A stretch of DNA of 33,036 nucleotides from a virus: positions 1 through 33,036 of the IMG/VR virus record IMGVR_UViG_3300037882_002614; one strand, given 5' to 3'. Within the stretch, counting starts at the first letter, position 1. Each line of letters begins with the position of its first letter. The translations under genes were made by a program, and so were the position numbers. Of the stretch, positions 24,208 to 32,289 are shown in pieces. Under the pieces are notes generated by a model that saw only the letters and a list, made by a program, of their open reading frames with translations, was not told where the DNA came from and searched no databases.

Positions 24208-26637
24208 ATGTTTTTAGATGAACCCACAGAACGCCAGTTCAATTTTGCAAAAGCCGATGATGGCGCGACAGGGCATTGGTTAAAAGACCTTGTGACCCTG
24301 CCTTTTGATTTAGCCAACCCCGAAAAGCGGAAAGCCGTTTCAGAAACATTCAACGCCCATGAACAGCAAACCCGCTTGGTTGATAGCTCAAATTCGCGAA
24401 GAATTGCACAGCTACAAGTGTTTGACACAATGATAGAACAGGTTCAAAAAAACACAGGCGTTAAGCTTGAAAACCCGCTTGTTGGCGCGCCAATGGCAGA
24501 TTATAGCAACTATGACCCCCATCTTGATTATAAAGAAGAATGGGAAAATATTAACAGGCAAGCAAGCGAAAAAGTTGATGGCTTCATTGAACAGATTACG
24601 GCTTTAAAGCAAGCGCACCCTGATAAGTTAGGGAAGCTTGATTTAAACACGGCATTTGAAAGACAAGCGCAACAGCTAGCGTTCAATGCTGATAAATCGG
24701 TTGAAAAAAACGATAATCGCGATGAGATGAATAACTTCATGTGGCTTGGCGGCATGCTTGGCGGTGCTGTTTGGGGTGCGCGTTATGACCCGATAACCTA
24801 TGCGTCTTTGCTCGTAAACCCTTCGGGTGGCGCAGGCAAAACAGCTTTAACCCGCATTGCAAGCGGGGCTTTTAAAGCGGGCGCGATTAATGCCGCCGCC
24901 ACCGTTCCTGTTCAATTTGCTGTTCAAGATTGGCGTGATGAGGCGGCGTTAGAGCATGGTTTTAAGCAGGGTGCGCTTAATGTATTGGCGGCGGGTGCAT
25001 TAGGCGCAGGCATTGGCGGCGCGGCGCAAGGCGTTAAAGAGGTTGCGCCTTCACTACGCCGCGCTTTGAAAAATGTCTATGATGGCAAGGCGACAGCCAG
25101 CGAGACGCTTGATGTTTCGTTAAAGCTTAATCCTGATTTAAGTGAAGGCGATATTTCGTTTTTGAAGGGCATGGCGGAAAAAGAGAAGTTTAACGCCGCT
25201 TTAGAAGGGGGCGATGCAACGTTTAAATCGCCGCTTGTTCAAGAAAAAATTGAACAGCATATAGATTATTTGCAAAGCAAGAAAGCACCGCTTCCTGAAC
25301 CAATTTTAGATTTGCCGCCGCCGCCCAATGAGCCAAACTTGATGCGTTTGATGAGCGAAGAAATCTCTCCTCGTGATGAGGCTTTAAAAATATTCGGGAA
25401 GCCTGTTCATTTTGAAGGCGTTGACGCAGCTTCATTAAAAGCGGATGCCGCAACATTTCAATATAAGGGCGGCGGCGATGCAACGGGTGTTTCAGAACGG
25501 CTTCGCGATGTGCGCCAATGGGACGCAACAGCCTCTGGCAAAGCTTTCTTCTTTGAGGGCAAAGACGGGCAACGCTTTATCGCTGATGGTCACCAAAGGC
25601 TGGGGCTAGCCTCGCGTTTGCTGAATGAGAAGCTTGAAGATAAAATCAATATTGATGGGTATGTTTTTAAAGAAGCAGATGGCTGGTTGCCGCGTGAAGT
25701 TCGGGTGCTTGCAGCTAAAAAGAACATTCAAGAAGGCAGTGGAAGCGCGATTGACACGGCGCGTATTTTAAAGGAAATGCCTGAATTGCTTGATAGCACT
25801 GTTGGGCAATCGTCACAGACCATTAAAACGGGCGTGTGGCTTTCAAAGCTTGACGACGAGGCTTTAGGTTTTGTGGTCAATGGCATTGTGCCTGAAAGGC
25901 AAGCGGCTTTTGTGGCGCAAGCAACCAATAACCCGCAAGAGCAAATGGCGATTATGAAGGTTCTCGCTGAATTGAAGCCTGAAACAGAACGCCAAGCAGG
26001 CATTTTAGTGCGCGATGTTTTGCAATCGGGTTTTGCCAAAGAAGAGCAATTTGATATGTTCGGTTCGCGCCTTATGGCTTCCGCCCTCTATGAAGAACGC
26101 ATGAAGGTTTTAGATGATGTGTTGCGTGAATTGGCAAGCGATAAAAAGATTTTTGGCTTGCTCAATCGTGAAGCCGCTAAAATTGAAAGTGCAGGCAATG
26201 TTTTAAACGAGGCGGTTAATAATCAATCTGCCATGACAGCAGGGCAAGTGCGTGAGTTAATCGAACGATTGGCGCAATCGAAAAGCCCTGTCTCAGATAT
26301 GCTGAATGACTATGCGCTAGCTGTGCAACAAGGCATGAAGGTGAAAGAGGCGTCGCGTCAATTTATCGATAAATTCACCAAAGACTTTGAAGAAAACGGC
26401 TTGGCATTTTTGAATAAAGAAGAGCCGCGTTTAAAGCCATTTGAGGCGGGTGAACCTTCAAGTAAACAGTTAGCCCGTAAAGCTGATGAGGTTATGCCGA
26501 ATGAGGAGCAAACGCTTTCGCTATTCGATGAACCAACCCCACAAACCTCGCCACTTGAAACATTGCCAAAACTGGCTAAAGATACGCCTGTTGAAGTGAT
26601 TGCCAGTGATTTAGCGAGAGCCTGCAAAGCGATATAA
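24208..26637 (+). CDS. Internal virion/ejection protein carrying a ParB/Srx-like domain (809 aa)
   Basis: Position in the core-protein block. Gly/Ala-rich membrane-type segments in the N-terminal third. Central motif GKDGQRFIADGHQRLGLASRL (DGHQR at 25584-25598). Confidence 0.6.
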   Translation: MFLDEPTERQFNFAKADDGATGHWLKDLVTLPFDLANPEKRKAVSETFNAHEQQTRLVDSSNSRRIAQLQVFDTMIEQVQKNTGVKLENPLVGAPMADYSNYDPHLDYKEEWENINRQASEKVDGFIEQITALKQAHPDKLGKLDLNTAFERQAQQLAFNADKSVEKNDNRDEMNNFMWLGGMLGGAVWGARYDPITYASLLVNPSGGAGKTALTRIASGAFKAGAINAAATVPVQFAVQDWRDEAALEHGFKQGALNVLAAGALGAGIGGAAQGVKEVAPSLRRALKNVYDGKATASETLDVSLKLNPDLSEGDISFLKGMAEKEKFNAALEGGDATFKSPLVQEKIEQHIDYLQSKKAPLPEPILDLPPPPNEPNLMRLMSEEISPRDEALKIFGKPVHFEGVDAASLKADAATFQYKGGGDATGVSERLRDVRQWDATASGKAFFFEGKDGQRFIADGHQRLGLASRLLNEKLEDKINIDGYVFKEADGWLPREVRVLAAKKNIQEGSGSAIDTARILKEMPELLDSTVGQSSQTIKTGVWLSKLDDEALGFVVNGIVPERQAAFVAQATNNPQEQMAIMKVLAELKPETERQAGILVRDVLQSGFAKEEQFDMFGSRLMASALYEERMKVLDDVLRELASDKKIFGLLNREAAKIESAGNVLNEAVNNQSAMTAGQVRELIERLAQSKSPVSDMLNDYALAVQQGMKVKEASRQFIDKFTKDFEENGLAFLNKEEPRLKPFEAGEPSSKQLARKADEVMPNEEQTLSLFDEPTPQTSPLETLPKLAKDTPVEVIASDLARACKAI

Positions 26638-26647
26638 GGAGTTTGAC

Positions 26648-29182
26648 ATGAGCATTAAAGATTGTCTTGATAGCGCGGTGGCGCAAGGCGTGGTTGATGA
26701 AAAAACCGCGAATAAAATGTATGAAGATTTTCAAGAATTTTACGCCCAAAAGCGCCTTAATATGGGTGACACCGAAGCTTTAGGCTCTGCAAAAGAAGCG
26801 TGGGTTAAAAAATATGATGCTGAAAAAATTGAAAGTCAACGCCGCGCCGCCTTAACGCGGGGCGCTATCCAACGGGTTAATGACCATTTAAGCAATTATA
26901 CCAACCCATGGGGCAAACATGATATTTATGAAGCCTCTATGCGGTTGCTTGAAAATTACGGTTATTCTGAAACCTCTAGCGTTGTTGGTAAAACTAAAAC
27001 ATTGATTGGGTTAGCGCATAGCGAAATTTCAAACGCCTTGTTAGCGCATCGCCGCAAGTTCTTTTCAATCTCGGGCAAACGTGAAGACCAGGACGGCATT
27101 GAAAATATCGTCAAAGAATTGTTTAGCCATGATAGCGGTGACGCTGTCGCCAAAGAAGGTGCTAAATCAGTAGCGGAAGTCTTTGAAACCTTGCGCCAAC
27201 GTTATAATGTTGCGGGCGGCGCGATTGGAAAGCTGGAAAGCTATGGCTTGCCGCAAAAGCATGACGCTGTTAAACTGCTGGCACTTAAGGGCGATATTGC
27301 CGAAAAACGGGCGCAATGGAAAGAGTTTATTAAACCGTTGCTCAACAAAGAGCGCATGGTTGACCCCTTAACCAATGAGCCATTAACGGCGGCGCGTTTT
27401 GAACAAGTGTTAGATTATTCGTTTGATAGCATCACCACAGGCGGCATGAATAAAGTGACACCGTCTTTGCAAGATTTGCAAAAGGGTTCGCTGGCAACGC
27501 AACGGGCAGAACACCGCTTTTTGCATTTTAAAGATTACGAAGGTTGGAAAGCCTATAGCGACAAATTCGGTTCGGGTGATGCTTGGGCGGATATTTCTAG
27601 CCATATCAATTCGATGGCGGGTGATATAGCTGCAATGGAAGTGTTAGGACCTAACCCTGATGCAATGATAAATTATTTAAAATCAAGCGTTCAAAGCCAA
27701 TGGGCGTTAGCGATGAAAGGGCAGGCGTCAAAATTCAACCTTGACCCTAGCGAGATTAATGTTGATGCTCATTCACATTTCTTTTCTAAAACCGCAAAAC
27801 TTGAAAGCCTGTGGCAATCAATCCGTGGGCGTGAAATGGCAAATGCCAATTTAGCGCAAGGCTTCGCAACGGCGCGTAATTTTATCACTTCGGCAAAATT
27901 GGGCGGTGCAGCGGTTCTAGCAGGAACGACAGACCCTTTCGTTGATGCAAGTGCGCGTAAAATTTCGGGCTTGCCTGTCACAAAGGCTTTTGGCGTGATT
28001 TTTCAAACATTTAATAAAGGTTTAAAAGAAGATGCAGTTCGCGCTGGCATCATATTAGATGATGCGGTGAATATGTTGCATGAGGGTGGGCAACAGTCTT
28101 TAAAGCTGATGGGCAGTCAATGGTCAAAAATCGCGGCTGACCGCACGGTTCAATGGTCGTTTTTAGAGCCGATGACACAAGCCCGCCGCCATGTTTTTGC
28201 GATGGATTTTATGGCGGTTGCGGCTGATCATAAAAAGCTTGAATGGGGTGCGTTAAAAACGCAAAACCCCTATTATGCGCGAACCCTAGAGGGGTATGGC
28301 TTTAAACAAGGTCATTGGGACGCATTAAGAAGTGCTGAAGTATTTTCAACTGACCGCGCTTCATCGGGCATTCTTCGTCCTGTCGATGTTCGGAAATCGT
28401 CAAACATTTATGCGGTTGAAGCCAGTGAAAAGTTTTTAGAGGCAATCTTGCAGCAAACGGAACGGGCTGTGCCAACAGGAACACACCGTTCGCGCTCATT
28501 GTTAACAGGAAGCACAGCACGCGGAACTGTTCTAGGTGAAATGGTCGAAAGTGGCTTGCAGTTTAAATCATATGGCTTGTCACTTACCATGTTGCAATTA
28601 GAAGCCATTCAAAATGAGTTTGCGCGTGGCGGTGTTAACGGCGCAGTCTATGCGGGGTCACTTTTATTGTCGCTTACGCTTGGGGGTGCTTTGGCAATGC
28701 AGCTTAAAAATGTGATTAATGGCAAAGATATGCAAGACATAACTGACCATAAATTTTTAATTGCCGCCATGAAAACTGGCGGCGGCTTAGGCATTCTTGG
28801 TGATTATCTGTTTGATGATTGGTCGCGCTTTGGGCATAGCTTGCCTGTTACCCTGATGGGTCCAACAGCAGGCGTTGCTAATGATTTGCTAAAGCTCACA
28901 CTTGGCAATACAATGAAAGCGGCTGATGGTAAAAAAACGTATTTTAAACGTGATAGCGTTGATTTTTTAAGTAAAAATACGCCCGTTGCTTCAACTTTAT
29001 TTTATTCTAAGCTTGCGATGCAGCGCATGGTTTTTGACCAAATGCAACATTTAGCAGACCCTGATAGCCATCGCCGCTTTGCCGATAGGGCGCGTAAAAT
29101 GAGAAAAGAAACAGGTCAAGAATTTTGGTGGCAACCCGGTGATGCGTTTCCAACGCAAGCCCCAAATTATTCACCAAAATAA
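26648..29182 (+). CDS. Internal virion/ejection protein (844 aa)
   Basis: Last large gene before the tailspike. Hydrophobic segments GAVYAGSLLLSLTLGGALAMQL and TGGGLGILGDYLF. Confidence 0.6.
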   Translation: MSIKDCLDSAVAQGVVDEKTANKMYEDFQEFYAQKRLNMGDTEALGSAKEAWVKKYDAEKIESQRRAALTRGAIQRVNDHLSNYTNPWGKHDIYEASMRLLENYGYSETSSVVGKTKTLIGLAHSEISNALLAHRRKFFSISGKREDQDGIENIVKELFSHDSGDAVAKEGAKSVAEVFETLRQRYNVAGGAIGKLESYGLPQKHDAVKLLALKGDIAEKRAQWKEFIKPLLNKERMVDPLTNEPLTAARFEQVLDYSFDSITTGGMNKVTPSLQDLQKGSLATQRAEHRFLHFKDYEGWKAYSDKFGSGDAWADISSHINSMAGDIAAMEVLGPNPDAMINYLKSSVQSQWALAMKGQASKFNLDPSEINVDAHSHFFSKTAKLESLWQSIRGREMANANLAQGFATARNFITSAKLGGAAVLAGTTDPFVDASARKISGLPVTKAFGVIFQTFNKGLKEDAVRAGIILDDAVNMLHEGGQQSLKLMGSQWSKIAADRTVQWSFLEPMTQARRHVFAMDFMAVAADHKKLEWGALKTQNPYYARTLEGYGFKQGHWDALRSAEVFSTDRASSGILRPVDVRKSSNIYAVEASEKFLEAILQQTERAVPTGTHRSRSLLTGSTARGTVLGEMVESGLQFKSYGLSLTMLQLEAIQNEFARGGVNGAVYAGSLLLSLTLGGALAMQLKNVINGKDMQDITDHKFLIAAMKTGGGLGILGDYLFDDWSRFGHSLPVTLMGPTAGVANDLLKLTLGNTMKAADGKKTYFKRDSVDFLSKNTPVASTLFYSKLAMQRMVFDQMQHLADPDSHRRFADRARKMRKETGQEFWWQPGDAFPTQAPNYSPK

Positions 29183-29236
29183 CACTTAACGACAAAAAAT
29201 CACCCTTAATAATGAGCCTAACAAGCAAGGCTTATC

Positions 29237-32152
29237 ATGTCTATTTTAAACCCCATTAACCGTGATTATCGTTCTCGTGATATTATTTGCGCGCCAAATC
29301 AAACGGTGTTTAGCTTGCCCGTTTATGTTTACGACGTGCAAGATATTGTGGTTTATAAAAAGCAAGGCAGTCCCTCATTCTTTTCAACCGTCGCTTCTTC
29401 AGCTTATACTGTAGCGATTAACCCGATAACTCGTCATGCAACTATCACCTTTATCGTCTCACCTTATTTGGCAGTTGTGCCAGTTGTTATTCGGATAAAA
29501 AGCGCAAGGCTTGCTTCTAGAGTGACAGACGTTACGCGCAATCAAGTTTTAGTGGCGAAATCGCTAGAAAAAGAATTAGATGTTCAAACAACGACAGACC
29601 AAGAGCTACGCCGTGATATTGACGAATTTGCGCTTGCCGCAAGTGAAATTTTTGAGGCGCGTGATGAGGCTGCAGCAAGTGCATCTGAAGCTGCAGCAAG
29701 CGCATTAGCGGCTGCCGCTAGCGCAGATGAGACGGAAGGTTATGCTCAAATTGTTATTACAAATCAGCCTATCGCTCCTGTTCCATTTTTTACTGTAATA
29801 AGTTCATTGACCTTTCCAGTTGGTTTGCAAACCATAAGAACCAATGGCTATTATGCTGTCAATGATGGCGGTGGGGCAACTTATAAGCGCCTTTCTGCAA
29901 TCCCTTCACCTTTAAAACCGTGGCACGTTTTAAGCAATGGTGGCGCGGTTGCTTGGCAAATGCTCGAACGAGAATTTATCCCTCAGCAATTTGGAGCGAA
30001 AGGTGACGGCGTGACTGACGATACTGCTGTTTTCAATGCAGTTCCTCCAGAGTTGCTGGGCAGTCGCATTGATCTGAAAGGCTTTGCCTACAAAGTCGCA
30101 GCTATTCCAAAAAATGCCCGCTATTTCAACGGCGATTTTGTCACGCCAGGTGGCGCTGTAAGCTTGCGCCGAAATCCGCTGGACAACCCAATCGACGGAA
30201 ATTCGATTGTTGCGATGGGCGATGGTCTACAGCACTACTGGTGTTTTGACGCTATCACTTTGCTTAACAAACAAGTGATGGCGCTGGTTAAGCCAGCACA
30301 CCGCCATGACCGCAGCGCTGGCAGCCCGATCTTTGCCATGTACAGCGAAGACTCTGGTGTGACATTTAGCAAGCAAGTGACTGTCCACAGCTACCCTGAT
30401 GCTGATATTGCCGACTTAAAAATCGTCGATATGGGCGATCGGGTCGGTGTCTTGGTCACTGTGATTCCATTCAACACGGCGCTGTCACCACGCACTGATT
30501 TCTGGTACACCACAGAACTGATTAGCACTTGGACGATTCTTGAAAACGTCGCACCCTATGTTTTTGTATATGGTCCATCTCAGCCATTAGTAAGCGGCAC
30601 GCCAGGTCAGTCATACATTTGCTACGGTTACGCGAGTAATGAAAGTTATTCTCTTGTCACAAACGACAAGGGTCTGACATGGACACGTCAGACAATGTCA
30701 GGCTTGCTGGGTGTTGAACCGTATGTTGTGCGGGTCGGCACAGAAAACAAGTGGATTGCTTTTGTGCGCGGTGCAGCGAATCTGCGCATTAGCACGTCCG
30801 TCGATCAGGTCAACTGGTCTGCACTAGTAGATACTGGCGTTCCGCTTGGTAATCACCCTGTTCAAGCAATCGTTGATCGTGGTCGGCTATTTGTGTACCT
30901 TTTTGCGCGTGACTTTACGCCTGCAACAATTGAATTTGAGAACCGCTGCACTGTCATCGAAGACGATCCGCAGTATGTTTTTGCAAACAAGATGTTTAAA
31001 AACAAAGCTGGTCGGACGGCGCTAAAAGGTGCTAACCGTAGTCTTGGTTATATGACGATCATTCCTGATGGTCGCGCTGAAGATGAGTTTATCTACTTTG
31101 TAAACGCTTCTGAGACTGACAACAGCACGACACAGCCGTCAGTTTCGCATGTGTATGTTGGGCATACAGCGCGTCACATGATGCTGCCACGTTCGCTGCA
31201 CGCAGGTGAGAATTTGCTACACAATCCCACGTTTGATTTCTGGGATCGTGGTGACAGTTTTCCCGCAACAGGCATTAGCACAATCTCGACTGCAAACCGC
31301 TGGCGGTTCAACCCGTCAGGCAGTGTGGCGAATGTGGAAAAAGTCAGTCTGACAATGAACCAATCGAAGTTGCTGCCATTCCGTGGTCAGTACGGCTACA
31401 AGATCACAGCGACGGCTGAAGACTTTATCGGGCTTGAGCAGCGACACTTTAACCGTGACTTGTTTTTTAAGGTGCAGGAAAATACTATTCTTTTCCAGAT
31501 CTGGGGGATGGGCAATCCACCAAACACGTTGCGTTTCCAGTGTGTCCGAGATGCAGACAACGGTGATGCGCCGGTCAGTGCTTCGCAGTTAGTCGTGACC
31601 ACAACGCAACCCGCGAACGGGATCTGGAAAGCCACCGCCCGACTTGTCGTTGTGCCAATCTTTAGTACGCTTGCTGCGCCTAAGACCGTCGGTGCAAACC
31701 CGAGTGTGACTTTTAGCTTGTCGAGCTTCCTAAGCACAGCGATGGACTTTACGATTCTGGGCATGAAAGCCGAGCTTGGGCAAGAATTTACGCCGTTTGC
31801 GCCGACTGACGTCATTTCTGAGCGCGTAAAGTGTGCAAACCATATGCAAGTGTTTAGCTATGATGCGTTCACCGCGATTGCGAACGGCTATGTGCTGGAC
31901 ACTGTGACCGGCGAATACTTTTTCGAATATCCCGAAATGGTTAAAACCCCGTCGGTCCAGTTCAGCGCGATTGGTAGTAATTTGACGGTGTATCCTCAGA
32001 ATCAAGACGTTACAGCGCTGACGGCATCGTCGGTTCGACGGTCATCAGGCATCTTGATTGCGACGAAATCGAGCAGTGTGCTGGCGTTCGCGCCTAGTTT
32101 TCTGCGTGTAAAAAGCGGCGGATCGTTCAAGATTTATCTTGAATGTGTGTGA
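29237..32152 (+). CDS. Tailspike/tail fibre: gp17-like N-terminus, Ala-rich coil, glycosidase-like C-terminal region with Asp-box motifs (971 aa)
   Basis: The N-terminal ~130 aa follow the T7 gp17 adaptor pattern. AASASEAAASALAAAASA coil. FGAKGDGVTDDTAVFNA (29990-30040). Asp boxes SEDSGVTFSK (about 30344), TNDKGLTWTR (about 30659) and the degenerate STSVDQVNWS (about 30791). Confidence 0.8.
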   Translation: MSILNPINRDYRSRDIICAPNQTVFSLPVYVYDVQDIVVYKKQGSPSFFSTVASSAYTVAINPITRHATITFIVSPYLAVVPVVIRIKSARLASRVTDVTRNQVLVAKSLEKELDVQTTTDQELRRDIDEFALAASEIFEARDEAAASASEAAASALAAAASADETEGYAQIVITNQPIAPVPFFTVISSLTFPVGLQTIRTNGYYAVNDGGGATYKRLSAIPSPLKPWHVLSNGGAVAWQMLEREFIPQQFGAKGDGVTDDTAVFNAVPPELLGSRIDLKGFAYKVAAIPKNARYFNGDFVTPGGAVSLRRNPLDNPIDGNSIVAMGDGLQHYWCFDAITLLNKQVMALVKPAHRHDRSAGSPIFAMYSEDSGVTFSKQVTVHSYPDADIADLKIVDMGDRVGVLVTVIPFNTALSPRTDFWYTTELISTWTILENVAPYVFVYGPSQPLVSGTPGQSYICYGYASNESYSLVTNDKGLTWTRQTMSGLLGVEPYVVRVGTENKWIAFVRGAANLRISTSVDQVNWSALVDTGVPLGNHPVQAIVDRGRLFVYLFARDFTPATIEFENRCTVIEDDPQYVFANKMFKNKAGRTALKGANRSLGYMTIIPDGRAEDEFIYFVNASETDNSTTQPSVSHVYVGHTARHMMLPRSLHAGENLLHNPTFDFWDRGDSFPATGISTISTANRWRFNPSGSVANVEKVSLTMNQSKLLPFRGQYGYKITATAEDFIGLEQRHFNRDLFFKVQENTILFQIWGMGNPPNTLRFQCVRDADNGDAPVSASQLVVTTTQPANGIWKATARLVVVPIFSTLAAPKTVGANPSVTFSLSSFLSTAMDFTILGMKAELGQEFTPFAPTDVISERVKCANHMQVFSYDAFTAIANGYVLDTVTGEYFFEYPEMVKTPSVQFSAIGSNLTVYPQNQDVTALTASSVRRSSGILIATKSSSVLAFAPSFLRVKSGGSFKIYLECV

Positions 32153-32289
32153 GGTCTTATGAGAAGCCGCAATTTGAACGCCCATTAGCCGAAAAAAAAG
32201 TTAATGAAGCGGCAAATCTGGCTAATAAAATCGAAAAGCTTAAAGAAGGTTTTGAGTTAGCTTTAAAAGGAATTAAAGATGCTATCTAA
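32143..32289 (+). CDS. Possible 48-aa helical protein between the tailspike and endolysin genes
   Basis: Hand translation: MVVRSYEKPQFERPLAEKKVNEAANLANKIEKLKEGFELALKGIKDAI. It overlaps both neighbours. Start ambiguous: ATG 32143, GTG 32146 or GTG 32149. Confidence 0.3.
   Translation: MCVRSYEKPQFERPLAEKKVNEAANLANKIEKLKEGFELALKGIKDAI

Noticed and set aside
31396-32005. 139-aa and 91-aa minus-strand ORFs inside the tailspike 3' half
   Set aside because: They appear only where GC is elevated, lack RBS or start context, and lie entirely within a gene that carries clear motifs. They are used only as supporting evidence for the composition shift.
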